The notes beneath the pieces are model-generated. The model had not been told where the DNA came from, did not search any database, and was given only the letters and a program-made list of their open reading frames with translations. Of a DNA stretch of 39,398 nt, positions 16,117 to 26,201 are shown piece after piece. Origin of the DNA: an uncultured Roseburia sp. (GTDB taxonomy: Bacteria > Bacillota > Clostridia > Lachnospirales > Lachnospiraceae); the NCBI GenBank assembly GCA_964476275.1, contig CAYYZV010000001.1, positions 1 through 39,398 of the forward strand. Reading direction: 5' to 3'. The position numbers and the translations under genes were made by a program. Every line of letters begins with the position of its first letter. The first letter of the stretch is position 1.

Positions 16117-17475
16117 TTATTTGTGTTCCTGACCAATTTTTGAAATCACTTCTTTATTCAGCTTCACAATAAATATTGCTGTCATAATTGCAGACATCAC
16201 TTCTGCAATCGGATAAGACCACCACACCAGATTTACATTACCCAGTTTTGACAGCGCAAATGCAACCGGAAGCAGCACCAAAAGCTGTCTCGCAATCGAA
16301 GTCATCATACTATAAGTCGCCCTTCCCATTGCCTGAAAAGAGGAACCCATCGCAATACATGCTCCCGCAACCGGAAAGCTTAAGCTAATCGTCCGAAGTG
16401 CCGGAACACCAATCGATAACATGGTTTCTGACGCATCAAACAATTTCAGGAATGGCACCGGGAATATCTGGAACAAAAGCATTCCTATTGTTAAAATCGC
16501 CACCGCATACATTGCCGCAGTTTTCATTGTCTTTATCACACGGTCACGTTTTCCCGCACCATAGTTATATGCAATAATTGGAATCGTTCCGTTATTTAAT
16601 CCAAATACCGGCATGAAGATAAAGCTCTGCAGCTTAAAGTACACACCAAATACTGCCGTCGCTGTAGATGTAAAGGAAAGCAAAATACGGTTCATTCCAT
16701 AGTTCATAACCGAACCAATTGCCTGCATAACAATAGACGGAACTGCAATCACATAAATCTGCCTAATAATATCTAAATCCGGCTTAAAGCCCTTTAACTG
16801 AACCTGTACTTCCGGATTCTTTTTATAATTATATATCACTGCCAAGGCTCCTGCTGCCACCTGACCGACAACGGTAGCAATTGCTGCACCTTGGATTCCC
16901 ATTGCAGGGATTCCAAATAAACCGAAAATCAAAATTGGATCTAAGATCAAATTCACAAGGGCACCTACCAGCTGTGTATACATGGTATAAATCGTTTTTC
17001 CGGTAGCCTGCAGCATACGCTCAAACATAACCTGTGTAAAAATACCCATAGAAACACAGCAGCATATGGTAAGGTAATCTTTTCCATACTGTATAATCTC
17101 TTCAATATCTGTCTGGCTGCGGAAAAATGGTTCCACAAAAAACAGACCGATAACTAAAAATACGAGATAGCTCATGACAACCAGAAATACCGAATTGGTT
17201 GCCACCTTATTTACCTTATCATAGTTTTTCTGTCCTAATGTCCGCGCCAGCAGAGCATTTACACCGACCGCAGTTCCTACACCCACGGCAATCATTAAAT
17301 TCTGAATTGGGAACGCCATAGATACTGCTGTTAAAGCATTCTCGCTAATCCTTGCTACGAAAATGCTGTCTACAATATTATACAGTGCCTGCACCAGCAT
17401 AGAAATCATAATTGGCAGGGACATCGAAATAATTAATTTCCCAATAGGCATAACGCCCATCTTATTCTCTTGCAT
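16117..17475 (-). CDS. MATE family efflux transporter
   Basis: ALYNIVDSIF, NLILDPILIFG, GAAIAT, YNYGA; start likely MQENKMG at 17475. Confidence 0.93.
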   Translation of the reverse strand: MQENKMGVMPIGKLIISMSLPIMISMLVQALYNIVDSIFVARISENALTAVSMAFPIQNLMIAVGVGTAVGVNALLARTLGQKNYDKVNKVATNSVFLVVMSYLVFLVIGLFFVEPFFRSQTDIEEIIQYGKDYLTICCCVSMGIFTQVMFERMLQATGKTIYTMYTQLVGALVNLILDPILIFGLFGIPAMGIQGAAIATVVGQVAAGALAVIYNYKKNPEVQVQLKGFKPDLDIIRQIYVIAVPSIVMQAIGSVMNYGMNRILLSFTSTATAVFGVYFKLQSFIFMPVFGLNNGTIPIIAYNYGAGKRDRVIKTMKTAAMYAVAILTIGMLLFQIFPVPFLKLFDASETMLSIGVPALRTISLSFPVAGACIAMGSSFQAMGRATYSMMTSIARQLLVLLPVAFALSKLGNVNLVWWSYPIAEVMSAIMTAIFIVKLNKEVISKIGQEHK

Positions 17476-17500
17476 CTTTTCTGTTAACCTTTCTGTTTTT

Positions 17501-18256
17501 CTAAATCGTTTTTCTTCTCTCAAAGAAGTCATCGATTGTCTTCACAATATCTTCCGGCTTCATGGTCTTGAGCAGATAACCATCCGGCTTCAATGCCATT
17601 ACCTGCGTAATGCTTTCCCTATCATTTTTGCTTGTTAAGAAAATAACAGGAATATTGCAAAACTCTGTTTCTGTACGAATCATTTCCAAAACCTGCTTTC
17701 CATTTACAACCGGCATTTCATAATCTAACAGCACCAAATCCGGCTTATTCAAGGTCAGATACTTAATTGCCATTGCACCGGAATTAGCTAAAATTACCTG
17801 ATAACGATCCTCAAGCCAGCCCTTTACATTACGAAGCACTGCACCGGAATCATCTACTACCAAAATCTTTTTCTTTGTGTGCTTTCCATGATTCTGCACA
17901 TAATCATCCAACGATACCACAACATCTTTTACGTCAATCGGGCGTGGAAATGCCTTCTGCATCGCATGCACCGGAATAATCGCTTTTACATCATGAATAT
18001 CATTACTATCTCCCATTACAAAAAATGGTATATCCTCTTCCACAGCCTTATCTCGTAAAAATACCAATGCCTTACTGTCTGCTAATAATTCCGGCTCTGC
18101 ATACAGTAAAACTGCCGCAATGTCTTCTTTAACTTCACTAATAGCATCAATCTTCACATCTACTTCTATCAAATTATAATTTAACTTCTTTAACTGTTCT
18201 TCCACCGACATTACCAAATAACTTTTATTTTTTGAAACTACTAATATATTGTGCAT
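17501..18256 (-). CDS. Response regulator made of a degenerate REC and an intact REC domain, with no output domain
   Basis: C-terminal LVVDD...LLDYEMP...FLT...K; the N-terminal domain lacks the acidic pocket. Confidence 0.85.
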   Translation of the reverse strand: MHNILVVSKNKSYLVMSVEEQLKKLNYNLIEVDVKIDAISEVKEDIAAVLLYAEPELLADSKALVFLRDKAVEEDIPFFVMGDSNDIHDVKAIIPVHAMQKAFPRPIDVKDVVVSLDDYVQNHGKHTKKKILVVDDSGAVLRNVKGWLEDRYQVILANSGAMAIKYLTLNKPDLVLLDYEMPVVNGKQVLEMIRTETEFCNIPVIFLTSKNDRESITQVMALKPDGYLLKTMKPEDIVKTIDDFFERRKTI

Positions 18257-18268
18257 ATTTCCGTCTCC

Positions 18269-21200
18269 TTACTCTTTCTTCTTTAATGACTTTATCATCA
18301 GTTCTGTCTGAATCATAATCTCTTCCATCGCCACATCTGCTACATAAGCGCTCAATTCTTCGATCTGCCCCTGATACTGCTCTGGAAATGCATAACCCTC
18401 TATTTCACGCATCGCTGCATCAGCTCCATCCAAATCAAAATTGTCTATCGCATCCCGAAGCTTCTCTAAGCTTTCAATCATTACTTCTACTGAAGCATCC
18501 TGCTTATCCTGAGCCTGCATTCTTCCGTATGGCTCTAAAATCGGCTTATAACTCCGATATAATGTTATCACATCCGGTGTAAGTTTTTCCAGCATTTCCT
18601 GCTCATTTGCATTGCCAAGCTGCTCTAACTGATAAAACCGTTCTGATAACTCTAATGCACCTATCATACGGGCCGTATTTTTTAATGCATGTACCTCAAT
18701 AGTATAATCCCGCAGCATACCATCTGCAAGGCATTTTTCCACCTTCGTAGATTTCTGATCAATTAATTTATAAAAATCTCCCAGCAGGCTGATAAATAAT
18801 TCTCTTGTACCGGAATTTTCGATTCCGGCGGCCACATCTAAACCTTCGATCACAAGCTCCTCGCTCGCAGTATCTCCCTTTGAAACACTTTCATTCACCA
18901 CAGCCGCCTTTTCTGCTGTACTGCTTTTTCCAATCAGCACCTTTTCTGCCGGAAGCCATCTGCGGATACATTTGCAAATCTCCGAAAACTTAATCGGTTT
19001 TGCCACAAAATCATTTAAACTGTTTTTACGGAAATTCTCTCTCGCCTCTGTGGTAGCATTTGCCGTCAACGCTACTATCGGAAGCTTTTCATAATAGGTT
19101 CCGCCCAATTGGCGAATGATTCTTGTAGCCTCTACTCCATCCATAACCGGCATCATATGATCCATAAATACAATATCATATTGATTTTCCTGAATCTTTT
19201 TCACTGCCTGTTTTCCATTGGCAGCGGTATCAATTTGAAGCTGCAGCGGTTCCAATAACCCAATCGCAACCTTAAGATTCATCTCTGTATCATCCACAAT
19301 CAATATCTTTGCATCCGGCGCAGTAAAACTGATTATATTCTCCTTCTCTTCATTGAAAGAAATTTCTTCATGATTAATAATCTGACAGAAATTCAAACTG
19401 TAAAGCGGCTTGTTAATCAATGTGCCCTGCTGTGCGGACAGATTCTGCTGCATTGGATTCTGTAAAATACAAAATGTTGTTTTCCATACCTCCATCTGTC
19501 TTCTCTCAGCTTCAGAAACAGCTCCCGGATCATCTGTGAAGAATGCATCTATTCGTATACCTTCTGAAACTGCCTGCTCTAATTTTATGTCAATTACTTT
19601 ATAATCCAAAACAAGTTCTTCATATTTTCGAAGCACCAGTTCATTATCAAATCGGGCACTTAAAACTACCTGTTCTGCAGGCTTTCTGCGGATATATGCT
19701 GCCTTTTTATCGCTTATTACTTTCTGTGGAATCCTAAAAACAAACGTACTTCCCGTTCCATACTCGCTTTCTACACCAATGGTTCCGCCCATAAGCTCTA
19801 CCAGCTGCTTTGAAATAGAAAGTCCCAGGCCTGTTCCCTCTTTATAACGATTCTTCTTCGTATCTACCTGCTGGAAAGAACCAAAAAGTTTCTCTTTATC
19901 TTCCTCCCTAATTCCCTGTCCGGTATCCTGTATACGGAAAACCAATTCAATATCTTCCTCAGAATGTTTTTGAACCTGTACTGAAAGCTTTACAAACCCT
20001 TCCTCCGTAAATTTAATCGCGTTATTCATCAGATTAATCACTACCTGACGGATACGCTGTACATCACCATACAGCTTCATTGGAAGTTCCTTATCGATAT
20101 CATAGAGCAGTTCTACATTTTTATCGCCAATACGGTTTAAGAAAATCATTGCCAAATCATGAAACATCGACATAGGTTCATATTCATCTTCAATAATCTC
20201 CATTTTTCCGGATTCAATCTTAGAAAAATCCAAGATATCATTAATGATCGTAAGCAGTGCATTTCCGGAACTCTTAATATTATACAGATACTCTTTCGTA
20301 TGGTCCGGCAAATCTTCTCTAAGTAAAATGTCTGTCATACCAACAATTGCATTCATCGGTGTACGGATTTCATGCGACATATTTGACATAAACATAGACT
20401 TCGCCTGATTTGCCTCTTCAGCACGTTCCTTTTCCTCTTCTAACTGATGCATTAATTCACACTGTTTAGTTACATCAAGCATCAGCATACTATACCCTTG
20501 GATTTTTCCATCCTGATGTATTGGCTCTACTTCTTTCGTATAATGTCTGCCATCAATATGTAAATTTAATTCTTTATTCAAAAACAGCTCTTTTATCCGA
20601 GCCGGAAGCGAATGATTTTTCCCAAGCAAACGCAGCTCCGGAAACATACTTTTTGCACATGGGTTTGCATCCAAATATCCATATACGCTGTCTGCAATGA
20701 TAAAGATACTATCCGAATGCTCAATTACCCATTCTCTTCCCTGATCGGTAACATTAAAGAACTCACCCTTTAACACACCTAAAATAATAGATAAAATGGA
20801 TAACGATGCGGAAATCGGCACAATATCAAATGGAATACGAAACAGCAGCATTAATTGCAGCGACAGACAAATAACAAATTCTGCGCCTGCCAGCTTTGCA
20901 ATGTTATTACGTTCAAATGGTATCCGCATCCGAAACATTTTAATAAGAGTATAAATTAAGCCCCAAAACAAAATCATACACAACATACTATATCGCACTA
21001 AATACAGCGGTCCCGGCGATACCACCATGTATGTCACGCCAAATTCTGTTCCCAATCTGCCAAACTCCAATTTGGTAAATACCACATGAAACGGGTCATC
21101 CATCCATAAATTTGCCACAATAAGCCCATCTATAATCCCCTGCATCACCATAGGCACGACCACCCATGCCTTGGACTGCACATTAAAGTATGTAGCAACA

Positions 21201-21472
21201 AATAAAATAAAGGATAGATAAAACAATACATTCCCCAAATATTCCATCTTAAGCGCAATTATCGCTCCATCGTCTGTTTCAGACCACAGCAACAGCCAAT
21301 AACTGGCATTAATAATCAGACAGCCTATATTAGTAAGCATCAAACTCATGTTACTGAATATGCGGTTCATTGATGCCTTAATATACTGTTTTCGAAACAT
21401 TGATACGAAACCAGCTAATGGAACAAACACTCCTATTAGCTGTATCACTGGTACTAACACTACTAAACCCAT
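18269..21472 (-). CDS. Hybrid sensor histidine kinase (multi-TM, PAS-like, HisKA, HATPase, REC, HPt)
   Basis: SHEIRTPMN, NAIKFT, DTGQGI, GTGLGL, FMDHMMP, VHALKN. Confidence 0.93.
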   Translation of the reverse strand: MGLVVLVPVIQLIGVFVPLAGFVSMFRKQYIKASMNRIFSNMSLMLTNIGCLIINASYWLLLWSETDDGAIIALKMEYLGNVLFYLSFILFVATYFNVQSKAWVVVPMVMQGIIDGLIVANLWMDDPFHVVFTKLEFGRLGTEFGVTYMVVSPGPLYLVRYSMLCMILFWGLIYTLIKMFRMRIPFERNNIAKLAGAEFVICLSLQLMLLFRIPFDIVPISASLSILSIILGVLKGEFFNVTDQGREWVIEHSDSIFIIADSVYGYLDANPCAKSMFPELRLLGKNHSLPARIKELFLNKELNLHIDGRHYTKEVEPIHQDGKIQGYSMLMLDVTKQCELMHQLEEEKERAEEANQAKSMFMSNMSHEIRTPMNAIVGMTDILLREDLPDHTKEYLYNIKSSGNALLTIINDILDFSKIESGKMEIIEDEYEPMSMFHDLAMIFLNRIGDKNVELLYDIDKELPMKLYGDVQRIRQVVINLMNNAIKFTEEGFVKLSVQVQKHSEEDIELVFRIQDTGQGIREEDKEKLFGSFQQVDTKKNRYKEGTGLGLSISKQLVELMGGTIGVESEYGTGSTFVFRIPQKVISDKKAAYIRRKPAEQVVLSARFDNELVLRKYEELVLDYKVIDIKLEQAVSEGIRIDAFFTDDPGAVSEAERRQMEVWKTTFCILQNPMQQNLSAQQGTLINKPLYSLNFCQIINHEEISFNEEKENIISFTAPDAKILIVDDTEMNLKVAIGLLEPLQLQIDTAANGKQAVKKIQENQYDIVFMDHMMPVMDGVEATRIIRQLGGTYYEKLPIVALTANATTEARENFRKNSLNDFVAKPIKFSEICKCIRRWLPAEKVLIGKSSTAEKAAVVNESVSKGDTASEELVIEGLDVAAGIENSGTRELFISLLGDFYKLIDQKSTKVEKCLADGMLRDYTIEVHALKNTARMIGALELSERFYQLEQLGNANEQEMLEKLTPDVITLYRSYKPILEPYGRMQAQDKQDASVEVMIESLEKLRDAIDNFDLDGADAAMREIEGYAFPEQYQGQIEELSAYVADVAMEEIMIQTELMIKSLKKKE

Positions 21473-21499
21473 ACTTTTTCCTCATACATCTTTCTTACA

Positions 21500-23113
21500 T
21501 TATTCATGAAGCAGATATGCTTCATCCTCTTTCATTAACTCCACCATAAGCTTCGCTATGGCAGGATCAAACTGACTGCCGCTTCCCTTTTCTACTTCTG
21601 CCAATACCACTTCCTGCGGAAGCACATCTCTATAGCTTCGCTTTGAAGTCATCGCATCATAAGCATCTGCCACCCCGATAATTCTTGCCAATTCAGGAAT
21701 CTCTTCCCCTTGGAGTCTATCCGGATAACCTTTTCCATCAAATCTTTCATGGTGCCATCTTGCTCCCACTGCAATATCCGGAATTTCTGTTATCTGTTCT
21801 AAAATCCCACCTCCAATTGCCGGATGTGTTTTGATTACTTCATATTCTTCATCTGTCAATCGTGATGGTTTATTAATAATTTCTCTTGGAATCCCGATTT
21901 TTCCTATATCATGAAGCAAGGCTGCATAATGCAGCTGCTCTAATTTCTCTCCTGCATATCCCATACGCTCTGCCAGCATAACCGAATATTTCGCCACTCT
22001 GGTTGAATGTCCATTTGTATAGGAATCTTTCGCATCAATTGTATTCGCCAGTGCCTGTACCATTTGTAAGGACATACGTTCCACCTTTTTCCGGCGCCCT
22101 TCGGCCACTGCTGTCTGTTTCTCTACTTCCTGTTTCAAATTCTTCTGAAGATAGGAAAGCTCTAAAATACGATTGATTCGCTGGATCGCGACTGCCTTTC
22201 GCAGAGGTTTACGGATAAAATCCGTAGCACCCTCGCTAAATCCCTGTACCTCTGTCTGTTCATCCTCATCACCAGTCAGGAAAACTACCGGAATATCTGC
22301 ATAACAGTCCCTTTCTTTTAGTCTCTTTAACACCTCATGTCCGTCCATCTGCGGCATATAAACATCCAGCAAAATCAAATCCGGCAATCCACTCTCCAAT
22401 ATGGAAAAAGCAGATTCTCCTGATTCCGCTGCAATTATACAATAAGTATCACTTAACAGTCCACTGACCACCAAACGATTAATTTCATCATCATCTACTA
22501 ACAAAATCAATGGAATTTTTTCCAATTTCTGCTCCAGTTCTTCTGTCAGCTCTAAAACAGCCTCCATGTCTACATCCGCTAATAAAATTTCCAATCGTTT
22601 TATTTCCGGCTGCAAATCTGCCGGAAGCAAATATTTCTGCAGCGCATACATTGCAGCATCTGCTGTATCCAAATCAAATCTATCAACTGCATCATGCAAA
22701 TCTCGTATCGTCTTTTTTATAAACTGCAAATCTGCTTCTATTTGTTCTTTCTGTTCTGTTTTCTCAAATTCCGCCAACAATTCTTTATACTTCCGATAGG
22801 CTCTTAATACCTCCGGTGTTCTGTTTTTTATCTCTTCTAACTTTTCTTCTTTTCCTAAACACTCCATTTGATAGAAAAGCTCTGATAATTCCATTGCACC
22901 TGCCATTCTTGCAGTGTTCTTTAAGGCATGTACTTCAATGGTATATTCCCGTATGAGTCCTTTTTGAAGACACTCCTCCAGTCTGGCACTTTTTACGTCT
23001 ATCAATTTATAAAAATTTTCCAAAGTGCGAAAATATAATTCCTCTGTACCACAATTTTTCAATCCCTCTGCTCTGTCTAATTCTTTTATTTCCTCTAATT
23101 TTATTTCCCGCAT
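21500..23113 (-). CDS. HPt-REC-HD-GYP cyclic-dinucleotide phosphodiesterase (RpfG-like with an N-terminal HPt)
   Basis: VHALKN; LLVDDD...LLDVYMP; YTNGHS, LHDIGK, HHERFDGKGYP, ADAYDAM...R.YR. Confidence 0.92.
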   Translation of the reverse strand: MREIKLEEIKELDRAEGLKNCGTEELYFRTLENFYKLIDVKSARLEECLQKGLIREYTIEVHALKNTARMAGAMELSELFYQMECLGKEEKLEEIKNRTPEVLRAYRKYKELLAEFEKTEQKEQIEADLQFIKKTIRDLHDAVDRFDLDTADAAMYALQKYLLPADLQPEIKRLEILLADVDMEAVLELTEELEQKLEKIPLILLVDDDEINRLVVSGLLSDTYCIIAAESGESAFSILESGLPDLILLDVYMPQMDGHEVLKRLKERDCYADIPVVFLTGDEDEQTEVQGFSEGATDFIRKPLRKAVAIQRINRILELSYLQKNLKQEVEKQTAVAEGRRKKVERMSLQMVQALANTIDAKDSYTNGHSTRVAKYSVMLAERMGYAGEKLEQLHYAALLHDIGKIGIPREIINKPSRLTDEEYEVIKTHPAIGGGILEQITEIPDIAVGARWHHERFDGKGYPDRLQGEEIPELARIIGVADAYDAMTSKRSYRDVLPQEVVLAEVEKGSGSQFDPAIAKLMVELMKEDEAYLLHE

Positions 23114-23131
23114 TCTAACTGCCTTTCGATC

Positions 23132-23185
23132 AAAAAAACCATATTAACGTGATACCTTTATCTTATCACATTAAAATGGTTTTTT
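23132..23185 (-). terminator. Terminator after glucokinase with an embedded extended -10
   Basis: 22-bp imperfect inverted repeat with a T7 tail on the minus strand; the 5' arm and loop contain TG-A-TAAGAT. Confidence 0.6.
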
Positions 23186-23209
23186 ATATCTTTTATATTT
23201 ATTTTAATT

Positions 23210-24148
23210 TTAACTTAACAATAACCGTACACAGCCATACATTCCTGCGTCATTTCCAAGTAATGCTGATGCAAATCTGGTCTCACGGCAGGCATGGAAA
23301 GAGGTCTCGATAAAATGCCTCTGAATACAATCAATTAAGATATCTCCTGCTTTTGATACACCACCGCCGATAACAACGATTTCAGGATTTACTACACATG
23401 CCATATTTGAAAGAGCTGCACCTAAAATTTCACAGATTTCATCTACCAGACTTAATGCAATTTCATCTCCTGCTTTTGCTTCATCAAATACATCTTTTGC
23501 AGTTAATGGGTTAAACTTTGTTAAACTGGTTTCTTCTGCTGTTTTTGCCAGTTTTCTCTTTGCAACACGTACAATACCTGTCGCAGAAGCATACTGCTCC
23601 AGACAGCCGTACTGTCCACAGTTACAAGCTTCAATTTCATCATGATTGACTGTAATATGACCAATTTCACCGCCGGCTCCGTTAAAACCTGCTACGATTT
23701 TACCATCTACAATAATACCGCCGCCAACACCTGTTCCAAGTGTTACTACAATAACATCTTTACAGCCTTTTGCACCGCCCTGCCACATTTCACCTAATGC
23801 AGCAACGTTTGCATCATTTCCTACTCTTACTTCTAAGCCTGTAAGCTTACCAAGTTCTTCACCAACATTCATAACACCCCAGCCAAGGTTTACACAGCGA
23901 TTTACTACACCATCGCTTGTTACAGGTCCCGGTACACCTACGCCAACACCCTGTACTTCACTCTTGCTGATACCTTCCTGCGCCAGCTTGTTGTCAATCG
24001 CTTTTGCTACATCCGGGAGAATATTCACACCGCCCTTTTCCGTATTGGTATGGATTTCCCATTTGTCTAATAATACTCCGGCAGTTTCAAAAAAACCTAT
24101 TTTGCATGTAGTTCCGCCAATGTCTACACCAAATGCATATTTTTTCAT
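23210..24148 (-). CDS. glcK: ROK-family glucokinase
   Basis: GVDIGGT, NDANVAALGE, TLGTGVGGG, GEIGH, CNCGQYGCLE; start MKKYAF at 24148. Confidence 0.9.
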   Translation of the reverse strand: MKKYAFGVDIGGTTCKIGFFETAGVLLDKWEIHTNTEKGGVNILPDVAKAIDNKLAQEGISKSEVQGVGVGVPGPVTSDGVVNRCVNLGWGVMNVGEELGKLTGLEVRVGNDANVAALGEMWQGGAKGCKDVIVVTLGTGVGGGIIVDGKIVAGFNGAGGEIGHITVNHDEIEACNCGQYGCLEQYASATGIVRVAKRKLAKTAEETSLTKFNPLTAKDVFDEAKAGDEIALSLVDEICEILGAALSNMACVVNPEIVVIGGGVSKAGDILIDCIQRHFIETSFHACRETRFASALLGNDAGMYGCVRLLLS

Positions 24149-24197
24149 AACCTCTGCTCCTTTTTCATGTATTCTAAGCAATTCTATGATAACGTTT

Positions 24198-26201
24198 TCA
24201 GTCGCCAGTGTCAACCGGCTTTCCTACTTTAATCTGTACCGCAGACTTAAACTCTTTTACCGGCAGTCCCTCGTGCACTGCATTCATAAACTGCTGCCAA
24301 ATCTCTCCCGGATACGTATTGCCTTTTAAATCCTTAAGCTCCTTTGGCAGGTCAAATCCTACCCAAACACTGGTTGTATAATATCTGGTATATCCTACAA
24401 ACCACCCATCCTTCTGATCATTTGTCGTTCCTGTTTTCCCTGCTGACGGCATTTCCTTTAATTTAAGCTTAGAGCCCGTTCCATTTTCCATAACACCTGT
24501 CAGCATCGCAGTCATTGTTCTGGCAGCATTATGCTGATAAATCTGCTCACCGCTTTGATCTGCTTCAAATACCACATTCCCTGCTGCATCCAGAATCCGC
24601 TTAATACAGGTAGGTGCTCTATATACCCCATCGTTTTCTAAAGCACCGTAAGCTGCCGCCATTTCTAAAGCAGATACACCTTCTGTAAATCCACCCAATG
24701 CACTTGGCAGACGGTAATCTTTTTCATTCAGACGCTTAAAGTGCATCCTTTCCAGATATTCTAATCCTTTTACCGGTGTCAATTCTTCAAACAGTTTCCA
24801 TGCAATGACATTTACGGATTCCTCAACTGCTTTCTGTAACGTGATTTCTCCTAAATATGTTCCGTTTGAGTTTTTCGGACCGTCCTCGATTGGCTCATCT
24901 ATCACTAAAGACTCTGCTGTGTAACCGCGCTCCAGCATCGGAGCATAAACAATCAATGGCTTAATTGCACTTCCCGGCTGTCTATAGCTTTGATAGGCCC
25001 GATTCAGCGTATAGAACCCGAACTCCTGACTCCTGCCGCCTACAATCGCTTCCACAAATCCGGTGTCATTATTAATACAGACCGCAGATGCCTGCAATTT
25101 ATAAACACCTTCTTCATTCACTTCCGTATATTTCTTTAAATTCTCATCTACTGCCTGCTGTAACTGTTCCTGCGTCGTTAAATTCAACGTTGTATATATT
25201 TTATAGCCATTCATACGCAGACGGTTTTCACAGGTCTGATACGCCTCGCTATATGCCTCTTCATATAAAGACTTCTCATATTCACTGGCAAAATCATATT
25301 GAAATACAAACCCTTCCTGCTTCATTAAGGCTTCTGCTGCACAATAATATGCGTAGGTTTCGGCATAATCATTCTTCGCAATCGCTGCCGGACGTTCCAG
25401 CGTAATTTCCTCCCTGACAGCTGTTGCATAATCCAATTTTGTTATTTTTTCATCATTTAACATATTTTTCAAAATCCGGTCTCGCCTTGCTATTGTATTT
25501 TCCATATGTGTAAGCGGATCATACAGGGTCGGATTGTTCGGAATCGCACAAAGGAAGGCTATCTGCGATAAATTCAGCTGATTTACAGATTTATTAAAAT
25601 ATCCCCTGCTGGCCGCACCAATTCCATAATAGCCATTTCCAAAATAAATATTATTCAGATAAAATTCTAAAATATCTTCTTTATCATATCGTGCTTCTAA
25701 TTTCCACGCGATGAAAATTTCTTCTGCCTTTCGCTGCCAGTTTTTACTTTGATTTAAAAATGTATTTCTGGCAAGCTGCATCGTAATTGTACTGCCTCCC
25801 TGCGATAACTCTCCGGTCTCTATCAGCGCTTTTACCGCACGAAGCAATGCAAGATAATCAACTCCGTCATGTCGGTAAAATCGTTTATCCTCTATACTGA
25901 TAATTGCAGAACAGACATACTCCGGCATTTCCTCATATTCCACATAGGTTGTATCTTTTTCCCCCTTTAAGCGGGCCAAAATACTCCCATCTGCTGCATA
26001 AATCGTACTTGTCTGACTAGGTTTAAACGATTCTTCATTCGATTGCTTTACAAATTCTTCTGCCTCCGCATACATTCCCCGGATAGTGTCTCCATACCGG
26101 AAATAAAAGGCTGCTGCCACAGCTGCAGCTGTCAAAAGGCACAGCACGGCTATTAATCCAAAAATTTTTCTTATTGGATGCTTTTTTCGTCTTAAAGCCA
26201 T
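24198..26201 (-). CDS. Class A penicillin-binding protein (transglycosylase/transpeptidase)
   Basis: EDKRFYRH, GGSTITMQL, SAIK, SVN, KTGT; start ATG 26201 with an AAGGAG RBS. Confidence 0.93.
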   Translation of the reverse strand: MALRRKKHPIRKIFGLIAVLCLLTAAAVAAAFYFRYGDTIRGMYAEAEEFVKQSNEESFKPSQTSTIYAADGSILARLKGEKDTTYVEYEEMPEYVCSAIISIEDKRFYRHDGVDYLALLRAVKALIETGELSQGGSTITMQLARNTFLNQSKNWQRKAEEIFIAWKLEARYDKEDILEFYLNNIYFGNGYYGIGAASRGYFNKSVNQLNLSQIAFLCAIPNNPTLYDPLTHMENTIARRDRILKNMLNDEKITKLDYATAVREEITLERPAAIAKNDYAETYAYYCAAEALMKQEGFVFQYDFASEYEKSLYEEAYSEAYQTCENRLRMNGYKIYTTLNLTTQEQLQQAVDENLKKYTEVNEEGVYKLQASAVCINNDTGFVEAIVGGRSQEFGFYTLNRAYQSYRQPGSAIKPLIVYAPMLERGYTAESLVIDEPIEDGPKNSNGTYLGEITLQKAVEESVNVIAWKLFEELTPVKGLEYLERMHFKRLNEKDYRLPSALGGFTEGVSALEMAAAYGALENDGVYRAPTCIKRILDAAGNVVFEADQSGEQIYQHNAARTMTAMLTGVMENGTGSKLKLKEMPSAGKTGTTNDQKDGWFVGYTRYYTTSVWVGFDLPKELKDLKGNTYPGEIWQQFMNAVHEGLPVKEFKSAVQIKVGKPVDTGD

